From contig NC_042997.1 in assembly GCF_006345805.1 (NCBI RefSeq), forward strand, positions 162,068,001 to 162,132,000: a DNA stretch of 64,000 nt, written 5' to 3'. This DNA is from Octopus sinensis. Taxonomy: Eukaryota. The position numbers were made by a program, and so were the translations under genes. Of this stretch, positions 1-13,139 are shown in pieces. The first letter of the stretch is position 1. Each line of letters begins with the position of its first letter. The notes beneath the pieces are model-generated. The model saw only the letters and a list, made by a program, of their open reading frames with translations. It searched no databases and had not been told where the DNA came from.

Positions 1-50
<50 letters not shown>
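1..50. repeat. (GT)n microsatellite
   Basis: Perfect GT run at the window start. Confidence 0.98.
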
Positions 51-53
<3 letters not shown>

Positions 54-329
54 CACACATCGTATATAGGCGCATGTTTTACTTGCTCGGGTGGGAGGAC
101 GAGAGAATGTCCATTACTTTGGAAAGTATTTATATGCTTGTGTATTTTTAAGATAATACCTGTGAGAAAAACATGAGTTATACCGGAATTCCAGAAAAAC
201 GATATTCTGGAAATTAAGGCTGGATGCAGTAATTAGTTTGGAGTTTGGGGAGGGGTAGACATATCAGCGGTGATGAGAGGAGGGGAGGGGAGGGGGTCGG
301 GAATGCGAGAGGAGCATGAGCCCAACCAC

Positions 330-2860
330 CTTCATGAATTTGAGATCATTATAGTAGCGGTAGAAAAGACAGAGAGAGGAGACAGCACGCTTGAAGGTCA
401 GAAAATTGAACGTGTTTATGAGTGATTTTATATAAATCAGTTGGACCATCCTATTCTGTATGCTGTATAGGATGTCTCTTTGGGCAGCGACAGCAATGTC
501 TCGGATGTGACAAAAATACTGCATTGAGAGTTTCGGCAAAGCTTTATAGGGTGCCAAAAATTAGCATATCAGGTCATTATGAATGAAATGTCCGATTTTG
601 AACTGAAAGTTTATTTTACTTTTTCTCAGCAAAAAGCAATGCAGTTAATCAAAGTATGCACCTAAATTATCAACACAATTTTGCCATTTTATCGGTAGCT
701 TATTTATGCCGGCTGCGAAGAATTCTAGAGGGCAAGAGCTGATGAAATCACGAAAGGCTGTTTTTGCATCTTCTTCAGATTTGAAGTTTTTTTTTTTTCC
801 TTGCTAAAAGTTGTCTAATGCCTGAAAAACGTGATAACCGGTTGGTACAAGGTCTGGTGAATATGGTGAATGACAGAATACTTCCATGTTCAGTTCCTGT
901 AACTTGAATAGCGTTCTTTGTGCAACATGTGGTCGAGCATTGCCTTGCAAGAGAACTAGCCTGTCTCTATTCACCAATCTCGGTTGTTTAATTGCAAGTT
1001 CACTCATCAATTCATCCAGTTGGTTGGTGTATACTTCCGCTGTAATTGACTTACCCAGTCTCATGAAGCTACAGTGGATGGCACCAGCGCTGTACCACAA
1101 AACGGACACCATTAGCTTTTTTTTTTTTTGGTGAATATTCTTTGTTGGATTGTGTTTTGGCACTTCGTCTCTATCCAACTACCGTGAAGAACGCTTGCTA
1201 TTGTAGAAAAGAATCCATTTTTTATCACAAGTAACAATATGATGCTTTTATGCCGTCACAGCAAAGAACAGCAAGTTTCAAGACGACATATCATTTAATG
1301 CTCGTTCAGCTTGTGTGGTACCCACTTGTCCAACTTTTTTACCTTGTCGATTTGTTCCAGATGATCTAATACAGCTGGAATCGAAACATCAAACCTTGCT
1401 GCAAACTCACGCATAGTTTGAGATGTATCCGCTTCCACTACTGTTTCCAGCTCATCATTATCCACCTTGGTCTCAGGTCTACCACGGGGTTGATTTTCAA
1501 GACCTAAAGTCACCAGACCAGAAATTCTCAAACCATCCACGTACAGTGCACTCATTCACCACATCTCCACCAAACATTTCGTTGATGTTTCGAGCTGTCT
1601 GGGATGCATTGGTTCCACGACGGAACTCATATTCATAAACAGTACGAATGTTTGGTATGCCTATGGGTTCACAAAAATTGATTTACAAGAGAAAATTCAC
1701 AATATAATCAGACACCATGAATCGCATCTCGAAAAGCGATGATATAACTTTTCAGTGTTGTAAAACAAAGAATTGTCAGGATAAAACATTAGAGTTAACG
1801 GCTGTCACACTTAGTACATAAGAATATTGGACATTTCCTTCTTAATGACCTGATAGAATGGTGTGCTTTCTGGCTTTGAGGAGAAAGGTCAGTCGCTGGG
1901 ATCTGGCACTAGCAATGTTAAGAATGTACTTTCGCTAAGGAGAGACCCTCTGTGACATATTTTGATCGAATATGAGGACTCAAAGCTGCTCATGATTAAT
2001 CGTGATGTGGTGCGATGATATCTTATTTTTTTTTATATGAGTAACATTCGTGTTTTCTTGTTTAAAGAGACAAAATTGGTATATCGCCGTCGGAAGATAA
2101 TTTCTGTGTCTTTGTTCATTGAGTCAAATGCAGCTTTGACATATGATGTCTAGAATGTGAATGGATGATGCATAGTGGAAGAAGGTTAAGGGGGTATGAA
2201 AAGTAGCGTCATCTACGTAAGAGTGAACGGGTAAGGGCGTTCGGTGTGTAAGTCGTTGATGAGTAGAAAGAAGAGAGTGAGGGACGAAACCGAACCCCAG
2301 GAACAGAAAGAGCTTCGCCAATACACCTGTTCATAGTACAATCTGACAGAAAGCTACCGATCCAGGAGATGAGAAATGAGTGAAGCCCATTGACGGTCAC
2401 TTTCAGTAAGGGATTCGCATGAAAGACGTAGTCAAAGGCTTTGTTGATGTTGAGGGCAACAATATATTTTTCTTCAAGCAAAGCATCTGGCTGGCTCTTC
2501 GGAGATTGCACTGGTAGTCATTCGAGATTGAGAAAGAGAGAGAGAGAAATGCATAATATTGAAGGGCGTTGTTGTCAGTTGTTGCCTCTGTTATCTTGGA
2601 CATATTAAAAGTGGATGTGATAGGGCAATGTGTTGCCTTACTGAGGAATGAGACACACTTTAATCTTTCTCTCTTTATAGGGATCTACCTTGCAGAGAGG
2701 GAGAGATCGAAGAGTTTGGAGAGTGTAGAGGATTATTCCGGGATGCAATATTTGAGAGTAATGGAAGGGTCACTGTCAGGACCAGTGGTTTTGATGGTTT
2801 GAAGCAACCGAAGATGTTTTTGCGTTTGACACTTGAATACGCATTTTACTTACATTTTGT
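330..2860 (-). mobile_element. Decayed non-LTR retrotransposon (CR1/Jockey-group LINE ORF2, RT region), interrupted by a mariner
   Basis: Collinear minus-strand RT motifs with stops and frameshifts: KTTGPDSDPSITLKYCIPE (~2780), VALNINKAFDYVFH...SWIGSFLSD (2209-2511), HSYVDDATFH (YADD box), RKYILNIASARSQRLTFLLKARK (~1900), and the C-terminal YKA...IQNR...VSSLCLFYRYYN (264-557). Confidence 0.85.
569..1853 (-). mobile_element. Full-length (~1.29 kb) mariner DNA transposon with pseudogenised transposase
   Basis: Imperfect TIRs tcaggtcattatgaatgaaatgtcc (569-) and ggacatttccttcttaatgacctga (-1853), each flanked by TA (567-568, 1854-1855). Transposase fragments contain GRP, WVPHKL, GNARPH and YSPDLVP motifs. 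Confidence 0.93.
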
Positions 2861-3784
2861 TTATATGTAGGTTTCATGGGTTTGTTTCCTTGATATGTGC
2901 AGTGCTTGTGCTCTGATGCCGTTGAATGATATTAGGTTGTCATAACCCCTTTAGAGAAAGTTTTTGAGGCTTTTGTTCATGAAAGTCTGGCGTAAAGTCC
3001 TTAGAATACTTCTTCGTGGTTTCTAAGTGTAGGTTAAAGGAGGAAAAGTAATATAAAAGGCGCCGGGTTGTGTGCCATTGGAAGTTATAGAGCGAAGGCC
3101 ATTAGGAAGAAACACATAGAACCAGAGTAACTTGTGTTTTTTAACAAACAATCAAGTAAAAGAATTTAATGGTGAGTGGAGTAGTAGGCGCTGAAGCTAC
3201 TTTTGGGAAAGATATTATATAGAGCTTGATGGGCTTCTTTAAGTGAATTAGAGAAGAGCCAGCCTCTCGTGTCGTTATTCTCTGGTTCAAGCTTTATTAT
3301 TTCTGGAGATGGGAAACATTTTATTAATAATAAATGGTACTACTGAAGAAAGAGTATAAGCAAGCAGCAGTGAGACGAGAATTTTTATAATCCGCTAACC
3401 ACTGAGTGTTTTTGATACCACAAATCGACTCAACTGCTTGCAAAAGTGAACTCTCTAAAGGTAATCGAGAGTCAAAAGGGGGTCTTAACCCAGACAATTT
3501 ATTAGAATTATCACCGAGAAAAAGAGAATTGTATCGTACTGTAGATAGCAGACACGCAATTTTCATTTCAAAAGCTGTCTTAAATGCAAATGCCAAGGAT
3601 CATTTATTTAAAACTCTTATTAATCTAGCTGCATGTATCATATACTAATATAATTCGTAATAAAATAACGAAATTAAAAGAAAACATCGACCTTAGAAAG
3701 TTATCTTGAAGTTATCAGCAACAGAAATAACTTTGCTTTCATAGCATGAGTAAATTTACGTAACTGTTATACTTTTATAAAATT

Positions 3785-3987
3785 CTTCCATGCTTCCTGA
3801 AATTCGCCAACGCTACACCTGATTTTCTCCCCTCCATACACACGCACTCATGTATTTGACTCATACACTGTTCACTTTCCAGACATTTGTACATTACTGC
3901 ATATGCTTTATACGCACTTTTGACAAGTTGTGGTGCACCTGAGCAATGTATACAATAATTTCATTATTATTATTATTTATTATTATT
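3785..3987 (+). mobile_element. Probable 3' end of a LINE/SINE ending in an (ATT)n tail
   Basis: Ends in cacctgagcaatgtatacaataatttc followed by (att)n, typical of a retroposon tail. Family not determined. Confidence 0.4.
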
Positions 3988-4053
3988 TAATATGATACGG
4001 AAACCGTCGTTTTATACAGGCCGTAGATTGTGACTAAGCTGGAGCACAGCCAA

Positions 4054-4300
4054 CATACACACACACACACACATGCGTATGTACATATGTATGTATGTAC
4101 GTGTGTATGTACGTATGTATGTACGTATGTATGTGTGTATGTACGTATGTGTGTATGTACGTATGTATGTGTGTATGTACGTATGTATGTACGTATGTAT
4201 GTATGTGTGTATGTATGTATGTATGTGTGTATGTACGTATGTATGTACGTATGTATGTGTGTGTGTATGTATGTATGTATGTATGTATGTATGTATGTAT
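4054..4300. repeat. Compound (CA)/(GTAT/GTAC) microsatellite
   Basis: Tandem 2-4 bp units; explains the low-complexity ORFs here. Confidence 0.97.
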
Positions 4301-5814
4301 ATTGTGCGAAAAACAAAAAATAAGCCTTTTAAAAATAAAATCCATTACAATATTTGTTCTCTATCGAGTCACTGACTCTCCAGTGTCAACCACATCGAAA
4401 ATCCAGTAGTAGATCAGTGATAGGTTTGTTGATAAAGCCGTTTTTCTCCAGCTGCGATGTAAAATAACTAAGAGGGTTTTAACATTTGATTCTTTGCAGC
4501 ATTTTCTATTATGAATATCGCAAATTCTTTAAAAATTTGAGTGGGAAAAGATTACAGTCAGAGCCTACAGCTTGGGGAAATTTTAAGAAATTAATGATAA
4601 CTCTTAAAAATAGTTATTTTGTTTATTGTTCTGATACTTAAAAATATATATTTAGACTTACTGAAATCTTTCGGTGCTTCTAAATAATCTATTGCATTAA
4701 ACAACTGTCTTAATGCATGAATCATCAAAAGTGAAAGAAAGTGTAAAGTGCTGTCTGCTAACGTAAGTATCAAGTTAAAAAAAGAAACGGTGTAAATAAT
4801 GCAAATTATTGTGAAAGATAAGGTTCTTTGAGAGTGGCCTGACTTTTGAAAAGACAAAACAATGTAAACAGTTATATGAAGCTTTATAAAATGTATTCTT
4901 TTTATGGCTTAGTCAGAGGAGGAAGGGTAGAGCTTGAGAGTGTTTTCGGAGCTTGCAATACTGGTAGGAGGGAGTTATCCTCCGACCGACCTGACTCGAA
5001 TAGCATGCAACTGAGTCGACACCACTAAAGATATCAGATGGCGGTGTGAAACCAGACGAAGGATTAAGCCTAAACAGGAGTTATTTAGGAATATGACTGC
5101 ATGTGTGTTTATATTTCTGTATGTGATTTCTTTATCACTTGTAGGACCAGAGTGCTGTATCAAGAAGTTTTAACGATGCAGCTTCGAATTATTGTATAGT
5201 TTTGTTCAGAGAGCCACCTGAGAGGTCAGTGTTTGGTATACTGTCACTACCACTTCATTGAATCTGTGACCGAAATACTTCATGTTTAAACACACTTAAC
5301 TGTAAATATGTAGTGCAGGTTGTGAGGAGCAGCGTGCGTCGCCAGCATTATAATGCTGATGAATGCTTCGGTAGCTTAGAGATTAGAGTCCAAATCCCAC
5401 TGTGGATGTAGCTAGGAGAGAAATGATGCCTGTCAAGCTCATTTGCATTAGATAGATTACAAATTCTTCAGTAGAGCGTCTACGACTAAATGCTTATTAT
5501 ACTTATACCATTTTACTGGAAGAATCAAAGTGGGTCAGCTGTCTGAATATCAGTTAAGACCAATGATTTATCTCGTATCACTGGTGTTGTGAGTATCTCT
5601 GATAATGGCCCTGCAGTCTATGCTATACAATAGGTGTCATGAAGAGATATATTTTTTCGCAGAAAGCTGCAGCAACATTGAGTCATTGATGAACGTTTCG
5701 TTAGCTTACAATTGTAAAAATCAGTGATAGTTTGGCTCCTTATATAAGAGCATGTTTCTCCAATACTTAATGCTTTGAAAACCGATTTAAGTTACAGAAT
5801 ACTGACCCTCAAAT

Positions 5815-5945
5815 ATTCTTTTCTACTCTAGGCACAAAGCCAGAAATGCTGGGGGTGGAGGCGAGTCGATCAGATCAACCCCAGTACACAACTGGTACTT
5901 AATTTATCGACCCGAAAGGATGAAAGGCAAAATCGACCTCGGCGA
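5815..5945 (-). mobile_element. 5'-truncated tRNA-derived SINE (family A, Meta-domain-like core)
   Basis: Reverse complement of the core gcctttcatcctttcggg(g)tcgataaattaagtaccagtt, which is shared by many copies in this window. Confidence 0.85.
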
Positions 5946-6682
5946 CTGACCCTCCAATATTGATTTTTAAGTTTAACACCTCTGTTACGAGGCGTAGATT
6001 TACACAGTCCAGTTAAAGTGAATAGACAGAGTAGTCTGGATTAGTTTTCCCTTGCTTAATAGATACGAAACCTAAGATTTTGAAAATGAGTTGTAATGGG
6101 AATTATGACGGTCGTCTTTTCCCTTGGGTTTTCCTGTAACGGAAGTGAAGTGAAATCGCTTATCAAAACTATCAAAATAGATTCGCCAACACTGATGATA
6201 CAAATAGACTAATATATGAAAACAAGATGTGTAGAAGAAACGGGTTCAAGTTCTGTGCCTATGTGAGAAATCCTGTTCCCGTCAGCTATATGGAGTCAGA
6301 TGTTTTCCGAAAAAAAAACTGCAAACTATCTGCAGCAGGTTTGAAATCAAAACCTATGGCTTCGTTGTGCAATACTTTACTCATTTGGTCAACTGCTTAA
6401 GATGGTTGCATATCCTACGGCAAAAGTAGAGGGGTATCAACGGTGAATTGATAAGTGCATTAGAACCTGTAAGGGGCGGATCTGTGCTGCGAAAAATTTT
6501 GAATTTGATTTTATAGATTCATATAGATAAGCAATTCATATTAAATTTCAGTTTTCGCTCCAAGGTTTAAACTTTTTTCTCTTTTTATCTACATTTTGAG
6601 AGACTTCGTCAGCAGGCGAATCCAAATTTCAATGTAGGTGAAATATCGCCACTCTCTACCTTAATACTCTCACAAATATAGT

Positions 6683-6795
<113 letters not shown>

Positions 6796-7684
6796 TGCCC
6801 TTCGCTATAATTATTTTGCTGTATAGAAGTTCATATGGACAATAACAGTAGTATAATTTAGGAGCTAATAATATAATTGTGTAAGGGAATAATTTTGGAT
6901 AGTTAAAGAATAAAAATTTGCCTACAATATGAAACGTGCGCACACATACTTTATCTATCCATCCATCTATCTATCTGTCTATCTAACTGTCTATCTATCT
7001 ATACATACATATATACATACATACAGTAATTTATTCAAGTTTTTATTCAACAAATATATTGTCCATAATTATTCTTTCACATTAGCTATTACATGTGTGT
7101 GGGGGGGGGGGGGCGCGCACGCGCGTGCGCACCGATGCTAGTACAGTATTCTTTCATTCCTAGTTGCTATCACATTCCGTTGTAACAAACAACCTTTGTT
7201 AATCTAAAAATAGCAATTACAGTGTTTCGACTTATTTTTTGGACAGAAAAGATTATATTCTCCAAAATTTTTTACTTTTTATATTAAGTGGGTTTTTTAT
7301 TTTTATTTATTTATTTCCAGAATGATAAGATTTTGTAAGATATATATACCTATTTAGAATGGAATATTGGACTATTGCTGTTTATATTAAGCGAATGTCA
7401 AGGTGACGACATGATTTATGACGTCAAAACTATCAGTGTGTGCTTAAGTTCAATGTGTGATTCACACGCTAGGTACGACCTGTCTCGACTTCATTTTGGC
7501 AGTAGTGCTGTTTAGCCCTAAGTCGACTCTGTTCGAACAGACCATTTAATCAGAGGCGTTCCAGAGTAGAACATCTCGTTTTGTTATATATTTAGGATTA
7601 TATTACCCAATGTGTATTTCCTCTTTTAAGATGTCAGGGTGTGGTTTAACTGAAACTTGGTAGTTATTATTAGCAGATCGACAT

Positions 7685-8055
7685 ACCGGACAAAATACTT
7701 GGCAGCATTTCGTACAACTTTACGTCCTGAGTTGAGATTCCGCTGAGATCGATTTTACCTTTCACCCTTTCGACGTCGATGAAATAAACACCATTTCGGT
7801 ACTGGGGCCGATGTGATCGACTAGCCCTTTCCCCCCAAAATTCCAGGTCTTTTACCTACTGTAGAAAGTTTTAATAGCAGATCAAGGGCAGTAGATTGGC
7901 AGCATCATTAGAACGCCGAACAGAATACCTTGCAATATTTAATGACAACTCTTTACGTTCAGAGTTCAAATCCTGTTGAGATTGACTCTTGCCTTTCATC
8001 TTTCTGGAGGTCGATAAAATAAAGACCAGTCAAGCCCTGGGATCAGTATAATTGA
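7685..8055 (+). mobile_element. Two adjacent diverged family-A SINE copies
   Basis: B-box-like gagttgagattcc and gagttcaaatcc, each followed by the ccttt cat/cac...tcgat core. Confidence 0.75.
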
Positions 8056-8372
8056 CGAAAGGGAGCGGTGAATTTTGGGAGCATGGCACACTTTATGTGT
8101 ATTGCTTTTCGTAAGGTAGGAGTACTCAAGGACCATCTTGGATAACGCAAGCTCAAGCTACACCACTGCTCTCGCCTCAAAAGAAAGAAGAAAGAAATTG
8201 AGGTTTTTCACTCGTGGAAGAAATCATCATTAGCTGATCAAGCGACCGTGTAGATACAGGGGTGATGAAATTTCACCTGCATTTTAAAATTAAATCAATC
8301 GCTGATGCAGTTTCTAAAACTTTCACTCACACACACAAGCTCAAACACACACACACACACAAAAAAAATTAT

Positions 8373-8790
8373 ACCTATTTCTTTACTACCTACAAGGGGC
8401 TAAACACAGAGAGGACAAACAAGGACAGACAAACGGATTAAGTCGATTATATCGACCTCAGTGCGTAACTGGTACATAATTTATCGACCCTGAAAGGATG
8501 AAAGGCAAAGTCAACCTCAGCAGAATTTGAACTCAGAACGTAACGGCAGACGAAATACCTATTTCTTTACTACCCACAAGGGGCTAAACACAGAGAGGAC
8601 AAACAAGTATAGACAAACGGATTAAGTCGATTATATCGACTCCAGTGCGTAACTGGTAATTATTTAATCGACCCCGAAAGATGAAAAGCAAAGTTGACCT
8701 CGGCGGAATTTGAACTCAGAACGTAACGGCAGACGAAATACGGCTACGCATTTCGCCCGGCGTGCTAACGTTTCTGCCAGCTCGCCGCCT
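8373..8790 (-). mobile_element. Dimeric family-A SINE
   Basis: tRNA-like head (ggcggcgagctggcagaaacgttagc...gagttcaaattcc on the minus strand) plus an internally duplicated ~184-bp unit (8373-8556 and 8557-8740). Confidence 0.9.
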
Positions 8791-9613
8791 TCAAATAATT
8801 TATACCTTAACATGAAAAACCAAAACAATACATTTAATAACATATGATTTAAAGTTACATTTTCTCCCTCCTTAGCACAGATGCACCGCAAAGGTTCTTA
8901 AACACTTGCCATTCGTCCTTGACACTAAAAATATTCTCTACCTAAAGGTTGGGAACTACTTTAGAATCTAGAGACTCTCTCATTGGTTTGCTATTGTTAG
9001 GTACAAAAGATTGCTCACGGCAACGGATCGAGCTGTAACACAATTAAATTAACACCTAACAGCTGTGTCTGTTGTCTCATCTGTAGCAATCACAGAAAAC
9101 TAGAAGATATTTCTACCACTCTGAAACTTTGAACTAAAATATCGCATTATCTTCATTTGTTTTTGAGATGGTAAGGCGTAGTTGAAGAACAATGAGGCTG
9201 TAATTCTTAGCTGATCGAGCAACGACGTAGAAATTGCCTCGTTGGTTCGTATATATCTCATGAAAGCAAAATGTAAATGCGGAAGGATTTCATATACATA
9301 ATATTTAGAAAAACTTCGCTTAATTGGAATTATCAAAACAACTGGGAATTCAAAAATTCACTACAGGCAGTTGATCTGTTCTTTGAAATCAGTTGTGTAA
9401 CACGTTAATGGTTAATGTTAAGATCTGAACGAACTAGATCTACGACCCAGTTTTGCTTAGTTTCAAACTATTTTACATTCTTCGCTAATGTCTTTGAAAA
9501 AATCATGAACTGCCACTTACACCGTTTCTACACGTGCTAAATCATTTTGGGCACGATACGTACTTAGAGCAGGCAAGGTGAAACCGCTTCAGTATCGAGA
9601 GATGGAGGGAGAA

Positions 9614-9652
<39 letters not shown>

Positions 9653-10156
9653 ATGCTTGTATTGCCGCAGTGGAGATGAACTTGCCAAATAAATAAGGTA
9701 TTGCACAATAATTTCATAGGTTTTTATTTCAAATCTGCTGCAGGTATTTCGTTGTGTGTGTGTTTTGTTGTTTTTCCTGAGAATATATTTCCGTCTGAAA
9801 CAGTATAATGGTTAAAAGGTACGAACAGAAGCAGATATGTTTTTTTAAGAGAACGTTTACTAATATACCGTTACTTTTATATTTTCGGTATGGAATTAGA
9901 TGTTTGAAATAAGATAATAGCTTAAAGACTTAAAATTCTTTTCTATGATTAACTGCAATTGCTTTTTGTTATTTATAACATTTAAATTTTTGATCAATGA
10001 TGCAATTTTTAAAGGCAGTTGCTATCATATCATTCAGTTATTTTTCACAATTATCTAAATTAGTCCTAACAATTGTTAAACTGAATTTTGTAAGGCATAA
10101 ATTTTGGTCTTGAGTGAAACAAGAAATCTTACAATGCAAGTTTGATTTTTTTAGTA

Positions 10157-10270
10157 CAGTCAACCCCCTGCGTTACGGTCCCTCAGGTTACGGACACCAC
10201 GCTTACGGAAATGATAAACTATGGCCCCTATTTTCGAGATACAGTCTGTAATTTTGTTCTTATGGAAATT
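10157..10270. mobile_element. Possible Tc1/pogo(Tigger)-like transposon end fragment
   Basis: TA followed by cagtcaacccc and repeated ttacgg subterminal motifs. No partner end was found. Confidence 0.35.
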
Positions 10271-10370
10271 CGGATCAGTTTTAAGAATATAAGTACTACA
10301 CCTTAACTAAAAGGCCGCTTCTGTGTTTTAGCTAAGCTCAAAGTAGTAAAAATAATGAAAATTATACTGG

Positions 10371-10597
10371 TATAGCTTTAGTTAAGCTACACACAAAAAA
10401 TTAATGAGACCCAGAATGTGTTAGTGAAATATTTATTTAGTTGAACTCATGAAGGTGATAGCTGCCAGTCATCTCCTGCTTCGTAGAAGCCCGCTTAATC
10501 GGAAGTCAACTTCGCTGCAGACCAGCTCCATAGCTAGCCCGCAGCGAAATTCCTGTCTATAGTTCGTCTGTCATAAATCCTTGGGCAGTGCCCAACA
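10371..10597 (-). repeat. 3' LTR of the Gypsy element
   Basis: tatagctttagttaagcta...cagtgcccaaca aligns with 13816-14059; AATAAA is present on the minus strand. Confidence 0.9.
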
Positions 10598-10799
10598 TAT
10601 AGCTCCCACTTAGAACTGTTGACTGTCACTGGAACCGGGAAGGCGTTTTAACTGTCTTTCCTGTGCGTGTGGTTACTCGGCTTTTTGGGGTGACTGTTCC
10701 TAACCAAGGGTTGGTGTGATTTACCAGGGACGTCCTCTGCTTGGTGGTTGAGTCGTGTATCACGTCGAACGGAAACGAAGTTAGCCGAGCGGAGGTCAT

Positions 10800-13130
10800 G
10801 CTGTCTCGGACACCGAGACGAGCAACCCAGTTTGTGATGAAGGTTCGGCTGACTTCTTATGTTTATGTTCTGCGGAGAAGTATAACCTCAGGCTAACGAG
10901 TGTAGCGGTCTACCAAGGTCAGTAGATACGAACAACTCTGTAAAGGTGGTAGCGGGGCGACAAGTTCAATGTTGATGTGGCTGTTCATAGTTGCTGATGA
11001 GTGCTTTGGTGAACTGATAGACCTTGGTTTGTTGACAGGGGATGTAGGTCTTCGTCCACTCCCCAATTTGCTTGGCCATACTGTTCCATATAAATTAGCT
11101 TGACAGCAGGCCCTGTGTGGCTCTAGTACTCGGGTGGGACAGTCCGTAAATGATGTAGAAAACCTTCCTGCGCCAGGCTAATGGGATGATCAGTTGTGAC
11201 TTCCCAATGGATACATTACACAGTAGGGTTGTGCCATTGGAGCCAAAGTGCACATCCTGCAAAGAAAGTGACGTGATGGCAGTGTGGTAGGCCCTGATCT
11301 CGTCGTCTGTCTATTGAGGTGCAGCCATAGCCTCGTAATCCAATTTTTCCGTTTTGGGGGTTAGGTAGGTGTGAGAGCAGGTAGGGGCACGAGATAGTGT
11401 TGGACGTCTGTGGTGTACCCAGAAATAGCCGATAGCTGTCGTTGCTGGCGTGCAGACCAACGCTTCGAGATCTTGCTCATAGCAAAAGTGAGTGATTTGT
11501 GGTCTGTGAACACTGTAAACGTTCACCCTTCAAGTAAAGAGCGAAAGTGGCGGACACCTAAATGGACAGCCAACAGTTTCCTGTCAAAAGCACTGTATTT
11601 CTGTTCAGGAGGTCGTAGTTGTCGACTAAAGAAGGCAAGTGGCCGCCACTGACCATTGATGCGTTGTTCCAAAACGCCCCGATGATTGTGTCGGAAGCAT
11701 CGACTGTGAGTGCAGTCAAGCTGATATATGAGGATGAGACAGTATGGTTGCTTTAGCCAGGGCTTGTTTTGCGGATTTGAAGGCTGAGGTCATTGCACCA
11801 TCCCACTCCAACTGTCTTTTTGAACCATCTTTTGACAGTGCCTTGTATTGTGGTTTCATCACTCTTACTGCAAAAAGGATGAAGAGAAAGTAAAAGTTTA
11901 CCATGCCCAGAAATTAGTGTAGAGACTTGCTCGTGGTGAGGCGTGGAAAAGATAAGATAGCTTTCACTTATTTTGATAGAGGTGTGGCACCAGCACCTAT
12001 GATTCGATGTCCCACGAAGTCCTATGAAGTCGATTTCTGTCACACCAAAAACATACTTGGTGGAGTTGATTATTAGACCATACTGTACCAATCTATAAAA
12101 AAAGGTGCTTTTTGTGTAGCTCTGCATTTTGGCTTGCGATAAGGCTATCGTCTAAATATGCAAAGACAAAATCAAGACCCCTGCACACGGTGTCCATCAA
12201 GCGTTGGAAGGATTGTATTGCGTTTTTCAGTCCAAAGGTTGTATGTAGGAATTCATACAGCCCGAAAGGAGTGATCAAAGCAGTTTTAGGTACATCGTTG
12301 TCTTGTACTGGTATTTTGTGATAACCTCGGATGAGGTCGACCTTCGAGAAAACCGAGCACCCGGCTAGCTGGGCTGAGCAGTCCTGTATGTTCAAAATGG
12401 GGTAACGGTCGAGTGTCGTGTCTGCGTTGAGACAGCAGTAATCTCCGCGAGATCAAAACCTCCCTTGGGGCGACGACCAGCGATTGCTTGATCGGCAAAC
12501 TATGCCAAACGCCTCCATATTGTCAAGCTCAGCCATTACGATAGCAAGTTTGTCTGGTGATAGACAAAGTGCGCGGCTGTGCACTGGAGTGGGGGTGATG
12601 TAGTGTGTCACTCCGTGGCAGGTTGTAGGTTTGGAGAATGTCGGGGTAATGAGATTGGAGCGACGCACAAGGAGATTCGAGAATTCGTTCTCGGTTTGAG
12701 AGACGGTTGCTATGCGGGGAGCGACATGTGCAGATGTTGCCAGAGACACGGGAACGTATGTGTTGCTCTTGATGAGTCGTCTCCCCTACAAATCAACCTG
12801 TAGCAAGTATGCTCGAAGAAAGTCTTCCTCGATAATGGGCTGATGGACATCGGCGATGGTGAATGCCCATGTTCAGAGAAAGGATGCGGCGATGTTGAGA
12901 GAAAGGATGCGGCGATATTGAGAGCGAGGATGCGGCGACCGTACGCCTCGATTGTGTAGCCGTTGGCGGCCGGCCTCGTATTCCGTAACGGAGGTCCTTC
13001 GCCGACGCTGGGATCACGCTGACTTCTGCTCCTTTGTCGATTAGGAACCTACGTCCGGAGATCTGATTGTGGATATAAAGGAACAGTTGATCGTGTTTGT
13101 CGGCCATCAAGGTATTTAAAGGCGGCCGGC
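10800..13130 (-). pseudogene. Gypsy pol (protease, RT, RNase H, integrase) with frameshifts and stops
   Basis: Protease RRFLIDKGAEVSVIP; RT FSKVDLIRGYHKIPV...FGLKNA...AYLDD; RT-RH linker WDGAMTSAFKSAKQALAKAT; integrase zinc-binding region and LVDRYTR. Confidence 0.9.
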
Positions 13131-13139
13131 CCAGGAGTT

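Noticed and set aside
739-760. CTGATGA-aatcac-GAAA hammerhead-like string
   Set aside because: No helix I, II or III pairing; it is the antisense of mariner transposase coding sequence.
3324-3648. Two antiparallel 80-90-aa ORFs
   Set aside because: No recognisable motif or splice context; consistent with chance or decayed TE sequence.
3987-4409. Overlapping HTYI/MYVC-rich ORFs (similar ones at 29.5-30.3, 35.2-36.2, 42.0-42.4 and 48.0-48.3 kb)
   Set aside because: They are translations of microsatellites that lack stop codons.
8373-8790. Repeated units as a CRISPR-like array
   Set aside because: The units are ~184-bp SINE duplications without unique spacers, in a eukaryotic context with no cas genes.
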